A stretch of 62,912 bases of DNA, counting the filler, from Salisapilia sapeloensis CBS 127946 (Eukaryota; Protista; Oomycota), in NCBI GenBank assembly GCA_023334545.1. It is 5 parts of 5 records of this genome, joined end to end, with 100 filler letters (N's around TTAATTAATTAA, not from the genome) between each part and the next. Parts side by side here need not be neighbours in the genome. Positions count along the whole stretch, not along the records: positions 45,808 to 50,086 come from JAADVB010000681.1; positions 50,187 to 62,912 come from JAADVB010000409.1; 3 more parts are not named here. One strand, 5' to 3'. The position numbers and the translations under genes are program-made. Positions 45,808-58,838 of this stretch are shown here, one piece after another. Under the pieces are notes generated by a model, which saw nothing but the letters and a program-made list of their open reading frames with translations, was not told where the DNA came from and ran no database searches. Position 1 is the first letter of the stretch. Every line of letters starts with the position of its first letter.

Positions 45808-47271
45808 CCCATTGCCGACCATGATATGAGGCATTTGCCATCCAGCACTGTCAGTACATTAAATTTTCGCCACGCGTCGAGATGGGTTTCGCTCACGGTG
45901 CATGGTCACATTTCTGAATGCCTTAATGGTTTCTCAACGCTTACTATCCATTTCACGAGGTACCGAACGATCAAATTTTTAATAATCGCGGAGTGCTTCG
46001 TGAACGAGTATCATAGCGATGCATTTACAATCAGCCTTCTTTGCATCCGATAGGGTAAAGCCTTCGTACGTATTTGCTGTCAACTGTACATTCTTCATTT
46101 CGAAGTGAGTATCAGGGTGCTAATTTGGAAGCGGCATGAAAGCGTAGTGTCAAATCTTGAAAAAGATACGGCGGGAAGCACTGCTTGCGTGCTTTACGTA
46201 CCGCCTTTAAGCATGGTCTAGAATGCCGTCTGCTAGGTATCATAATGTACCTTGGGCAGAAAAGCAAACGATGTAATTAAACGCTCAGAGGTTTGTGATG
46301 GTACGATCGCAATCGCATTCTTTGCATGCCTTTAAAGTATTTAAGCGAGCGGTGTCGATCCTTTGCATCAGAGTCACAAACTCCTTAAGATAGTAGATAT
46401 ATCTGATAACCAAATGATATCGCATCACGTTGTCCACTTTATGTAGCCCGCTTCCTCAATTGCATGCATCTTTGTAACTTCGGAGGGACTAAGGTAGAGG
46501 CTCATCACCCTGAGTTCCTGGCAATGCAGATCGCAGTACTATCAGATTACTTAAAACGCTTTCTTGAACTGGACTATGAGTCCCTTGTACATTGCCATGA
46601 CCAATACGATGGTACAAAGATTGTAGTGACAATCACGAAATGGATGCAAATGAACATGGCAGTATATATTATCAGAATTGTGCTTCTCAAGCCGACAGAC
46701 ACCTCAGCGTTATAGTCTATTGGGGGTGGGCTACTTTGTGGTAGCAGTGAATATAAAAGCGCTGCACAAGGAATTAGACCTGGTGCAGTTTCCGGTAGAT
46801 ACGAAAGAGCTGCATTACTGGTAATCTGGCGCGGAGACTCTTTGCGCCCAAATTGATACGCATACTCCCACTTTGGTCCTATGTGTCTTATGCACTACTG
46901 CTTAGTAGTTTATCCTTTACGGATTTGATTACCTCTATCACTGGGTGCGCTCAATGTTTTAAAATTATATGTGCTCTCGTTCCATGGCGAAATCTTTATT
47001 TCTTGGCGAAAGTTAGATCAGGTTCTCACATCTTGTTGATAACCAGTATAATCTACACTTACAGAGCCAAATTTCCATTCACACTTATAACCGACCTGAA
47101 AGCACTCACAAGACTTCGTGCTGTGACCTGCATTAGAATGTACAACCGAATCGAAACCGAGGAACAACACTAATCAACTCAAGAAAACGCACAAAGAACC
47201 GTGTGACCAGATCTTCCCGATTTCCTCGCAGGTTCAAACACAAAATCGAATTTGATATCAACCAAGTAGTG

Positions 47272-48174
47272 ATGACAGAGCAATTCTACTACGCAGTCGC
47301 ACGTGGCCGCACCGTTGGCGTATATGACACCGAGGATGAAGCGAATCTCCAAGTTCGTGAATATCTCGACGCACTCCACGAAAGATTTCTGACGCGTAAG
47401 AAGGCCGAGCAATTTGTTCGGGAGAATCGCGTTTCTCCAACTCCTTCACATGAGGACGATCAAACACCAAATTCTCCTCTCGTAGAAAATCAAGCATCAT
47501 CCTCATCTATCGAAGTATCTTTGGAAAATCTGCATTTAGAAGACCACAAGGATTCACAGCCTATTAGGGACTCAAATCTACATGAAAACGGCGATGTAGA
47601 CACGCATGAAGCATCCGATTCTACCATTAATTTTACTTTTGACCCCAGCCGAACGGAAGCAAACGAGATACCAGAAAGAAATCTTGAAGATCCGGCAGAC
47701 CCACACGAAATCGTCGCATTTACACATGGAAGCGCTCCGCATAACGGTGGTCCTAATGCCAGAGCTGGCTATGCTGCCATCTTCCCACAGAACGAAGACT
47801 GGAATGTTTCTGAGCCACTTGACGGTCGACGGACGAACAATCGGGCACACTTAACTGCTGCCTTGAAAGCTTTGGAACGAGCGAATGAGAAAGATCCGAG
47901 ACAAGCAAAAGCCCTGCGCATCTTTACTCCCTACAAAAATCTGGTTACGGCCATGACCGGATGGGTTCAAGGTTGGATTAAAAGCAATTGGATCGGAAGT
48001 AAGGGTACGGAGATTATAAACCGAGACCTTTACGAGCGTCTACTAGCTGCAAGAGGAAGTCGAAAAATTGAATGGTGCTATGTGGGTCAAAATGATAACG
48101 AAAAGCCTTACAATTTGGAGCGGAACAAGATGGCATTAGAAGCTGCAAGACAAGCCGCTAAAGCACAAACTTAG
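47272..48174 (+). CDS. RNase H1 homolog (Cauli_VI/hybrid-binding domain + RNase H fold) lacking catalytic residues, 300 aa
   Basis: N-terminal YYAVARGRTVGVY...AEQFV; RNase H scaffold motifs F-T-x-GS..NG...AG, TNNRA, WVQGW...NRDL. Acidic catalytic positions are replaced by H, H, P and L. Confidence 0.85.
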   Translation: MTEQFYYAVARGRTVGVYDTEDEANLQVREYLDALHERFLTRKKAEQFVRENRVSPTPSHEDDQTPNSPLVENQASSSSIEVSLENLHLEDHKDSQPIRDSNLHENGDVDTHEASDSTINFTFDPSRTEANEIPERNLEDPADPHEIVAFTHGSAPHNGGPNARAGYAAIFPQNEDWNVSEPLDGRRTNNRAHLTAALKALERANEKDPRQAKALRIFTPYKNLVTAMTGWVQGWIKSNWIGSKGTEIINRDLYERLLAARGSRKIEWCYVGQNDNEKPYNLERNKMALEAARQAAKAQT

Positions 48175-48578
48175 TGAATGAAATGAAAACAGTTCGCATT
48201 TGGAAAGACATCCTTGTTAAACTTGATACAATCGTGCAGAGCAGCTTGCTATATCTTAATGTAGCCGCAGTAAATGTCTAAAAAGCGCATTGAATAAGCA
48301 CATCTTTTAATCTATCGCTGCCCTTGCAAGCGAAACTTCAATCAACCCAAGTCGCCCGCCTTGATCACGTATTGACTGACTGACCGGTACAATCATGTTC
48401 TGCCTGGTAGAGTGATGGTGGTGATGCTTACAAATCTAAAAGGTCTAGGTTAGCACTTTCCCACCAATACATAGCCTCCGATCATCCAGCTCATAAAATC
48501 GCGGAAAGGGTTATGTAGTGATCGCTTAATCATCTTTTGACGAACAACCGATCTAATGTCGAATGGACGCAGTTTAAA

Positions 48579-50086
48579 ATGGGCGGCCTGACCCGGAAGT
48601 CGTTACCTTCGGGACGCAATGGCAGCAAGGACGAAAAACTGCCATTGCTGCAAGTGAATGCAGTGTCATCGAAGGAAACTTCGTACGTGGAGGAAAAGTC
48701 CAAGGATGAAGGGCTTGGACATACTTATCCGACGAAGGAAGCTGGTTGGGTCAGCAGCGTCTTCTTCTCATGGGTCACACCACTCATGCAACTTGGCAGT
48801 GAACGTACATTGCAGCATGAAGACTTGTACCAGCTCGACCCACCGAATCGTGCTGCGAACGTCTCGTCTGACTTCCAAGAGGCATGGAAGCAGGAAATCT
48901 CAAAAGCTCCTGCCAGCCAAATGAGTCTCATTCGAGCTATTGCTAGAACGTTTGGTGGCCAAGTGCTGCATGCTGGTGCTCTGAAGGTCATCCATGACTG
49001 CCTCCAGTTCGTAATGCCACTTATGATCCAACGCATCATTGCGTTCTTAAAAGACCCAGACGCACCTCTCTCCGAAGGCATCCTCTACGCTTTCATCGTG
49101 TTTGTCGCTGGCATTGGTCAATCTTTTTCTCTTCGTAACTACTTTTTCTTGTGCTACGAATCCGGCGTTCGCATTCGATCAGCCACTTGTACGGCAGTGT
49201 ACCGCAAGTCCTTGTCTTTAGCAACGAGTGCTCGACAGAAGCGTACGTCTGGTGAGATTACCAACCTCATGTCCGTCGATGCACAGAGACTTCAAGACTT
49301 GCCGACTTATGTGAACAGTCTGTGGTATTCACCATTCCAGATTATCGTGTCTTCCATCCTGTTATGGAATCAGATTGGCGTCGCAACACTTGCCGGTATT
49401 GGTCTCATCCTCGTGATGGTTCCTGCCACTGCAGGCGTCGCTATGTTCATGCAGCGTTTACAGAAAGCTCTCATGAACGTCAAAGATAGTCGGCTTAAGA
49501 TTTGTGGTGAAGTGCTTTCTGGCATCAAAGTCATCAAGTTCCAAGCATGGGAAAACAGCTTTACCAAATCGGTCATGTCTTACCGTTATGAGGAGCTAAA
49601 GAAGCTACGCAATTACATGTACGCACGTGGTGGCATGATGAGCTTGTTCATGGGCATTCCTGCATTCGTGACTGTGGTCAGTTTCGTCACGTATGTCATG
49701 CTGGGCAATCAATTGGAGGTAGGTACAGCCCTGAGCAGTCTGGCGCTGTTCAACATCCTTCAATTCCCTCTTATGCAGTTCCCGCAAGTCATCAACTCCG
49801 TCGTGGAAGCTGGTGTCAGTATGAATCGTTTGAGTGCCTTTTTGATGGAGGAGGAGCACCAGAAGGTTGGCTCGGGCAACTTGACGGAAGTCGGGATCGA
49901 GGTGAAGGAAGCTGACTTTGTCTGGGACAGCGACCCTGCTCAAGGGCAGGAAGGCGAGACGACCGAGTCGGCCAACACGGACTCGGAAGAAGGGGCCAAG
50001 ACGCCTGTGCTTCGTCAGATCTCTCTGAGCGCTCGTGCTGGAGAGCTCATTGCAGTCGTTGGCCACGTCGGATCCGGCAAGTCCAC
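48579..50086 (+). CDS. ABCC/MRP-type ABC transporter, 5' part (TMD1 to Walker A), truncated by the gap
   Basis: FFSWVTPLMQLG, GEITNLMSVDAQRL, KVIKFQAWE, Walker A GHVGSGKS running into the Ns. No TMD0; N-terminal EKLPLL dileucine-like motif. Confidence 0.92.
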
Positions 50087-50186
50087 NNNNNNNNNNNNNN
50101 NNNNNNNNNNNNNNNNNNNNNNNNNNNNNNTTAATTAATTAANNNNNNNNNNNNNNNNNNNNNNNNNNNNNNNNNNNNNNNNNNNN
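50087..50186. other. Artificial contig spacer
   Basis: 44N-TTAATTAATTAA(50131-50142)-44N. Confidence 0.97.
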
Positions 50187-52093
50187 AATTTAGGACAGTG
50201 ATCGAGCCTACGAGCACTCGGTGTACCTTGAACGGTCGTAGATATACTTTGATCATTTTAGAGATGAAGGAACGACTTGTAGACACTCTAGACCAGCCCA
50301 CTAGACACTTTCGAGCATGCTTTATTCATATATGCCAAAATTGGAATTTTGAAAAACGAGTATGGTCGTCGACTCAAGCTCGCTGTTTTGGGTTTTGCGC
50401 TCGAGGATGTTGTGTTGGCGGCTTGGCAGGTCCGAGGCATACAAAAAGCTAGTCACTCAAAATAAAAACGCTGACTGTAAGGAAAGTGCTGCGAATTCTG
50501 GACTCACTAGCTTTTTTATTATCTCGGAAAGTCCGGGGATCAAGCGAACACTGGATGCGGACATCGAGGTAACGATCTCGAGTCGACCATCAGAACCTTT
50601 GATTTTTCAAATTTCCAAATTTGACATGAATAGATAGAGCGCACTCCAAAGTGTCTATTGAGTTGGTCCAGGGACTCTACATGTCATTCCTTGCCTCTTG
50701 AGAGCTCACTGGAAGATCTATCCGTACTTTCAAGTATATCCACTTGAAGTTTGTAAGAACACACGTCAAGCTAGAAAGCGAAAGGCCAGTGGATGGAATC
50801 TGGATGCTCACGAGTAGGTTGAGGAGCAAGCGAGTACGTCTACTATCGTTCTGGTTACAAGAGCAGTAGCATTGCACGCCAATGATGAACATGTCAGTCC
50901 AAGATGCTTCTACATCTACCGTACCGATAGCTCGGCTGGTCAAAAATATACTTAATTAATTTATCTCAAGAAATATAGTAAGGCCGTATTTGAACACGGC
51001 CTAAATAAGTTCATGAATTGATACATGAAGTCGTATTTCAAAAAGCCCTGGTAGCAAATTCGATCAGGAAATTGGTCCTGACCTCAGAAAAGGAGATAAG
51101 AAATAAATGAAGAAATGATGTGATATCTTGTACAGCCCTGTCTGGTGGTATTTGCTGTGGGTGAATCTAACGTATGCAAGAACTTTAGGTTGTATATCAT
51201 GGCTCAACTACTGCATCGAAACACGTTTTCGAATGATGTATTCACGATTGAGTTCTAGCTGGATGTCCGAAAAAGATTACCGTGCTCAGGAGATAACTCA
51301 TGCAGATTAAAGTTACATTTCAGATTTCAACTTGGAGCCTGAAGCTAGAGAATCAAAGCAAAGAACGAGTCCCAAAGTCTAGAAGCTAACGTCAGCAATG
51401 TTGTGTGGTGAGGCAGATGGAGACTGCAGAGCGGTATTGATGACTACTAGTAGGAATACATGTAAACGAAGTGTGACGCTACGATGGAAACCTACAAAGC
51501 AATCTCGTCGAGTCATTTCATTTTTATCATCCGCACTTGCCATCCAACCCACTAAAATCTTAAACAGTGAAAACGATTAATGCGAAGAGATTGATCCGCG
51601 TCATAGCAATGAATAGAGTATCTTACGCTGTTGATCGACTATTTCGAATTCCGTCATGCTTTCTTATAAAGGTGTACGTTCAGATCGCTACCTTTTAGTT
51701 GACGCAAATCCTTTTCATGTGCTTCATTTTGAGCACTTGCTTTCAATTGAAACTCATTCTGAAAGAAATTATACCGATAACAGCATTTAAATGCTGTTGT
51801 ATTTTCCAGGCTGTATAGTGTTTCACCTCTATGGACACAACATTATGAGTTCAACAGTAATGACAGTTCTCTTCTTGCAAACCTATGAAAATTTCACAGA
51901 ATAAAATAGTTGAGCACAGAAAGCCTACAAAATTTTTGGTGTGAACTACCGAACAGACAAACTAAAGTGAGTTTGAGTGAAATGAAGATATTCTTGTATT
52001 AATGGAGCATTTTTTCGTAATTTGGTTTACTTGTAGTGGTATAAGAACGAATGGAATGTGTTATAGCGCTTTACGCCATGGACTACTCAAAGG

Positions 52094-55000
52094 TCATTGC
52101 TTTTGCTCATCAGAGCTTGGTGTCAAGAGCGCATTAACTTGGTCTTCCGAGGTGAGTTGAAGTTCCGTTGAAGAAACCTCTTGATCACACATCGGGCAAG
52201 TCGGGTCCACTTCGAGCATTTTCACGAAGCGCGTGTATAATGCTGGGGAAGCACAATTCGGGCACGTGCACCAGTCTTCCTTGATCATGTGGTAACCCTG
52301 CCAACAATTACAACAATAAAATGTGATCATGAAGACAAATATACGTCGATCAACTTACGGTTGCGACACAGTAGGGCACCCAGTTCTTACATTGGCTGCA
52401 ATTGAGGTCAGCGTTTGGCAAATCACTATGGCAGAATGGACACGGCGTCTGTTCATCAGGCCCTTGTTCCTTGTTGGGGCGTCTCACAATCGCCTCGATC
52501 TTACGTCGAATGTCCTTGTCCATCGTAGTACGATGCTCCGGGCGCATCAGCACAGTCGCGTGCTCATAGCTGTATGCTTTCAGACCAGCTCGCTGGCATT
52601 CAATAACGGCTGATATCAAAATGTTGGTGGCATGCGTTGGAAACTTTGAGATATGCTTAACAATTCTTCCTAGCATATATGAAGCTGCAGTGTGGTCACC
52701 GACTTTTACGAGCTTTTTGACCAGGATGTAGCTATGAAGTAGCATGAGAGAATGACTGAGCTCTTGGTCAACATGGATGCGGTGAAGTTGGAGCTGACGA
52801 TATGTGCTGCTTAGTACATCCCGAGCGACTTTGTAGTTACCAAGCTCCTGCTCTTGTTTAGATATAATGAGAGCGGTCTTTGCTGCCTGGGCAAAGTTAC
52901 CTAGCGCCATGTACAAGCGGAAGATGTAGTTCGGATCCTTCGGAATGCCGTCAGCTTCGCCCATGAGGTAATCGATCAATGTATGGGTAAGCATGTCGTT
53001 GCGTGCCTTACCAACAACATCAATGGCTCGATCAAGTTCCGAGTCTCCGCATTGAAGAAACAAGCGAAGTGCTTTATGGTAGTGTCCACATATCTGATAG
53101 AATTCGGCAGCACGCTGAGCTTGTCTTGCTTGCTCGTAATACTGAGCCATGGCAACCGCTCTTTCGACTGAAATACGGTCGCCAAGGACGGATGCAAACG
53201 TATCCATCTCACTGTGTGTGAGTGCAAGTTGGAAAGCCTCGCTTTCCTTGTTTGCCATCAAAAGAAACTCGATCGCACCTTTGTAGTTGCCTGACTCGAC
53301 ACAGTATTTAGCCACAACCATTGCTCCTTCCGATGACTTCGTTTTGCGAACAATGGAGAAAGCTTTCTCGGGATTTTGTAGATTTTCTAGCTGAATCCGA
53401 ACTACATTGTCCATGTCGTTAGCAGCTTCATATGCATTGGAAGCAGCATCGAAGTCTCCCGCTGCTTCCTTCGCTCGGCCGAATTGAGCATGAATTTTGG
53501 GTGTGGTAACCTTGGACATGAGCGGTTCGGCTTTGTTCAAACTTTTCGTCTGAATGTAGATTTGGGCTGCTTTCTCGTATTGCTGACCCATTTCAAAGAG
53601 GATGGCAGCATCGACTAGTTGCTTCATCCCTTCCAAGATATTGGCACATTCTTTATAAACAGTCATATCGGTTACATCCGCCATCACCTTCATGCCTTGA
53701 CGGACATCACCCAGACGGAACGTGCAGCGAGCAATACCAGCCAAGCTCTGACGCTGTAACTTGTCACTGCACACGACAACATTCCCGCCTTCATCTGTGG
53801 CTCCTGTAGCATTTTCATACATTTTCAACGCACCGCTAAAGTCACCTCGGAATTCCAATTGCGTCGCGTATGCTACACTCAGCTCCGGCACGAGGTCTGG
53901 TGACAAGGAGTCCGCTAAATTGAGAGCCTGATCCCACTGGAGCAAATGCTTTTGCATCTGCAGCGCTGCCATTGGATCGCTGGAGTCGAGGAAAAGTCGA
54001 CGTGCTGTAGTGTAGTCTCCAAAGAGCATGGCAACATGGCCTGCTAGTAAAGTTTTTTCTTCAATACCTTCGATCCGATCTAGCCCCAGCACCATCCCTG
54101 CGTCTCCTAACTGCCGATACACACGCTTGGCAAGGGAAATATCTAGTGCGTGCATTGCTCTTCCAGCAAGTGCCAGCCAATAGTCACGGATATTCAAAGT
54201 CATTGCGAGGTCCCATGCAGAAGTCAGTCGGTATAAGCTTAGGTTCTGCCGAAAGACCGACTTGTTTGTTTCCATTGCGGTAAAACTGCGTTCGGACTGG
54301 TGTAGCTGTTCATGTGTGCATGACGTTAATGTAGATAGCTTTCCGGAAGCATGTTGGCATGTCAAGATACCATCGTGAAGAAGAATCGGTGACAGATCAG
54401 AAGGTATTGGCGTCGTCTCTGGGACCATAATGAAGTCGCCATTTTCGTGGATCTCCATTAAGCCAAGTTGTGTGGCTTCCGGGCCATGTACGGTGGTATC
54501 ATTATACAAGAAGACGCTGAATTCAGTTTGTTGAAAAGCACTAAATACAGTCTGATCAGCGACGTCCCACAGAACCTTCATGGTCCCTGTGGGCAAGTTG
54601 GGGACATGTACCAGATCTTTCGTCGGAACATTTAGAACGTAACCGCGTCGGTGTGAATCTAAAAACACGATTCGAGTGCCATATTGGTTTGGTGCAATTT
54701 TGACGATGCCAACACCTTGCTCATGTCGATACCCGCACGCTTCGATAGGTGTCCAATCCGCCATGTAAAAAAAGTGGATTGTTCCAGTGCTACCGCCGGT
54801 GGAGTAAATAAGAAAGTCTTTAGTCAGTGCGATGGAGCTCACTTCACTCTTGCGTTCATCTCGTCCACTGCTAGTGCTGCTGAAGGTCTTCCCTTGCTCC
54901 GCTTGCGAGTTTCCATTTCCTTGCTCGATTAAGTGAAGATTCACTTTACCATCGTATAGAACTGCGGCGTAGTCACGGTTGAGTTTGACGCTCATGACGT

Positions 55001-56550
55001 TACCGAGGTACTGCTGCTCGTTGACGAGCGTGTCTTTCGAGCTGCCATCACAACGGTAGAACCAAACTCGATTGTTCATACCGACAGCAACATGTCGAGG
55101 CCCGATAGAAACAAATGCCGGTTCAATCGAAACAGTAATTCGCAGTGGCTTCTCTCGCTCCAATACATCGACGATCGTAATTTCGCGAAGGGAACTTAAG
55201 AAGGCTACATACGTGTTGTAGTAGTCATAGATTTGAGGCATTTGTGCAAGGAAGTTGTGAAGAGTTCCTTCAGCAGTTGCAATACTTAAAATTTGTCCAT
55301 CCTTCGTAAACTCTAAATGACTGGCTTCGGTGCTCTATTACCAGCGTTTACATTTAGTTATGATCGAGTTAAAGCTTATGTGTAGGAATTTGCAAACCTC
55401 TAAGTCGCTGGATTTAATCATGTCTGAAGTCACTTCTTTTCGAGCGGACATGTCAATGACCTTGATGCCACCATTTCCAGCCAACGCAATTCGATTTAGA
55501 TTGGGAGAATACGTAGCTGCGTATATACGTTCACTAAAACACTTAGTTGAAAAGATTTCTTCTCCAATTTCCTATGGTGCATTTCGTTAAACTTCATTTT
55601 CATTTTCATTTTCATTTTCATTTTCATGAGCAAGTTACGTACTGATATCTTTGTCGAGATGATAATCAAATAGCCTTCTGAAAAGGCTACCATCAGCATG
55701 CCGTCAGCAAACCAGTCGAAGAAGACAGCTGAGCCATAGTGCTATTCTCGTAAGCAAAACAGTCGATGAGTCATTGATAGCTTTTATATCAAACAAACGC
55801 TTCGTACTGTTTGGAAAGATAGCTCGACCGGGTTTTCCGGGTCCTTCATATCGTACATGACCAAGGATTTGGTAAGGTTAATGACGATGATTTGCTCCCC
55901 CAACTGCATTGAATCACCACGCGTCCGTCCAAATTTGATATTCAAAGGCTACACCAGTAGTGTGAGCATTTCATTAATTGATCATGTGGCAAAAGTTAGG
56001 ATTCATATACCGAAGTCGTTAGCTCTCGTTGATCGATTGTGTCTCCCTTCGAGTCGCTAAGTGTCATTAGTTTGTCGTCTCCACCAAGTACGAGCTTGTC
56101 ACTGATATTCCAAGCGCCACAAGAGATCCGCTTAGAATGCTTTCCTAGAACCGGTACAATCTTGCGAGAAATCTTGTTGTACACAACCAAGTTACCCTTT
56201 TGCGTTCCGATAGCAAGCAGTTCACCAGATGTGTTCCATCGAATAAAGGTAGGGTCCTTCATATTGACATCAAGGTTTTGGAGAGATCGACGCCCGAGAT
56301 CCCAAAGAGGAATGACGTCACTACCTCGCTGTAGCACTGCGAGTGTTGCTCCTTCCGGGTCCCATTGGAGATCCAAAACCGGTGCATTGATGTCCAGTCC
56401 AACTTCATCATACTCTTCACCTTGTCGGTCAAAGATGTGAACGAGACCGTTTTTCCCACTGGATGCAAGAAATGCTCCTTGAGGTTGCCATGCAAAGACC
56501 ACATATCCTTGTCCATGAACCTTGGCATTTAGCTTGAACAATTTCTTCAT
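52094..56550 (-). CDS. WDR19: Intraflagellar transport protein IFT144/WDR19, about 1377 aa
   Basis: Exons 56550-56011, 55948-55808, 55741-55643, 55571-55398, 55334-52359, 52297-52094, all phase 0. LGKHSKRISCGAW, GPRHVAVGMNNRVWFY, KDPNYIFRLYMAL, KIEAIVRRP and C-terminal CxxC zinc ribbons. Confidence 0.95.
55593..55627 (+). repeat. (TTCATT)5.8 microsatellite within WDR19 intron 3
   Basis: Perfect hexamer run inside the 71-nt intron 55572-55642. Confidence 0.9.
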
Positions 56551-56823
56551 CGTTTTAGGATTTTATAAACGGTGGCGAATGCAAAGAGTCACGTGTCTAC
56601 TGGGTATAAGGATCAATCGTATCTGTTCCAAGAGGCTCTTGGATCCAAGTTGCTATCCGTCGCGTATGCAAACAAATGGAAACTGCCGGATATATACTTA
56701 TAACATGACAGTACAGCTTTTGGTGTTTAAACAATTCTATTCAAGCAGAAAAATACTTTGAATATGAGCAGTCAGCTCAAAGTAGATGAGTAGCTTTCTT
56801 GATATGCCGAACAAATCAAGTTT

Positions 56824-58686
56824 CTATCTCCAACTTGACCTCGAAGTAGTATTACGCTGTCCATACGACGCTGAAGATGATCCTGAGTTTGTTGTAACAG
56901 TCCTCCTCCTTGGTTTTGGAGCGGTCGGATTCATAGGCGTTGCTTGCGATGGAGTCTTGTTTGCACTATTAGCAGGTCGCCTTGATGGCATAGAACTTGA
57001 GGTAGACATCTTGTTATTTCTGTCTGCCCCAATTTTCGTACTGAAGAGGAAGTCTTCGATCTCAATCCCGCGCCCTTGAGACATAGTTTGGGGTCGTATG
57101 CTTACATCTTGCATCATGCTGGTGGTATTACCTCGAGTGGATCGTGTCTGAGTGCCTGTGAGTGGATCCCGCCTCGCATCTGAGCTTCGAGTTGTACCAG
57201 TAGATGTGGGCTTAGCTCCTTTCCGCGGAGCACTTTTGCTACTTGATCGCGTCGACTTTACCTCGCGGTCACTTGAAACTTTTGTAAACATCTTCTTGTT
57301 ATTGTCAACGGGGTGCACGGGCTGTGTGCTTCCGTAAGATGAAAGCGAGTAGGATGGGACTGACCGGTTGTATACGCTATGGGCTGCATGGTTCTGCTGG
57401 CGAGCTGTCCGAGATGAAAGCGTGTCTCGCAAGTACCTTGGTACCGATGGCACTTGCTCGACATGTTGATCCCCAATATCACTCGAAGAAACAGAAGTCA
57501 ACGACATCTCTTCTTCCAGTTTAGGCTTCCTATCACCCGTCAACGTACTTGCTCGTCCATTTTCAAATGAGCGCATTGTCACAAGTAGCTGCGGAGATGA
57601 GTCACCGACGGAAGCTGTGGAAGGTGTCGATACTTCGTCACTGCATACATCCGGCAACGTCGTGCTTGCCCAGGCTGGATTTGCACTACTTGCAAGATTG
57701 TTCTGTAGGGCATGGATAGTAAAGTTAGGAAGGCATGTAGTATGTAGCTTGGAAATACTCGTACAAGTGACTGCAAACTGCGCTTTGGGCCAGTTAATGT
57801 AGGTACTGGCGCGACAAGATCGACCCAACCATTTGCCTATTAGTCAAGTTCCAGCATTAGTCGACTTGTTGGGGCTGAAACCAAAGTAAAGAATATACGG
57901 GTAGCATGTCATTGTACGAGTTGTTTGGTGGTCGTTCTGGTCGCATGATGAGCGACGGATGTGTCTTTTTCTATACATAGCAAGCATTCCTTGAGTCGAT
58001 GTGTAGCCTACTGGTAGAAGCAAGCTTACCATTTGAACATTCTCATCGATCCATGTAAGTTTTTTCGCTCGTCGAGATCCTCGTGTAGTAATTAAAGCCC
58101 CGGTTTCTCCATTTATGTCCACTTGATCAGCTGCCGAGTTAAGAAACGTGTGCACCAGTACAAGTTCATCTGATTGATCGTCTGCCGTCGCGGTATTCCA
58201 TTCATACACTTGGCTTTCAACTGCTCGGTGAGCATACTTCTTCAATATCTGAGCTTCTAAATTGCACAATTGATCCACATATGACTCGTGCAGTTTCAAG
58301 TCCGGGCGTTTGGAGAGAACGTATTCATATGCCTTGTCAAGTCCCCAACAATACTTGAGCATCAAATACCCGATCATGACACTTGGACTTCGACAGATTC
58401 CATCAAGCGAATGTACCAGAACCGAATCTGCTCGATCGAGTGCATTTTCAATAACTTGATAGATGGTGACAAAGTCTCGGTTGCCCAGATCAAAGAATGG
58501 TCGATGCAGGATTTCACTAAGGTCAATGGTTGTGTAATTGATCCCAAGCACTTGCTGAAAGAGGTTGGGCACTTCGCGAGGCACGCAATTGATGATCGAC
58601 CGGATTCCATTAAGTTGGAGAAAATCGGCGTCTTGTGCGGCATCGATGTCTCCCATGAACAGACCATCCTTAATCTTGGACGACAT
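56824..58686 (-). CDS. Dual-specificity phosphatase-fold protein with Cys->Ser in the active site, plus a long S/T-rich tail, about 559 aa
   Basis: Exons 58686-58030, 57970-57899, 57836-57765, 57702-56824. KIKDGLFMGD..AAQD and VLVHSLDGICRS (canonical HCxxGxSRS). Confidence 0.8.
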
Positions 58687-58838
58687 GCTACAATCCGAAC
58701 AACGCTGGGCTCCAATCAGACTGTCAAAGCATGTAGTGCGATGAAACAAGCTAAAAGCGTCTCAGTAGATGTATAAATAAGTTCTGGATATTTATATCTG
58801 GCCGATTGCAAGAAGAAAGTAATCTCTATTTTCATCGA

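Noticed and set aside
50981-51029. Two adjacent hairpins (AGGCCGT/ACGGCCT; TTCATG/CATGAA) as a Helitron or MITE end
   Set aside because: Only 6-7-bp stems, no CTRR terminus, no TIR partner or target-site duplication; expected by chance.
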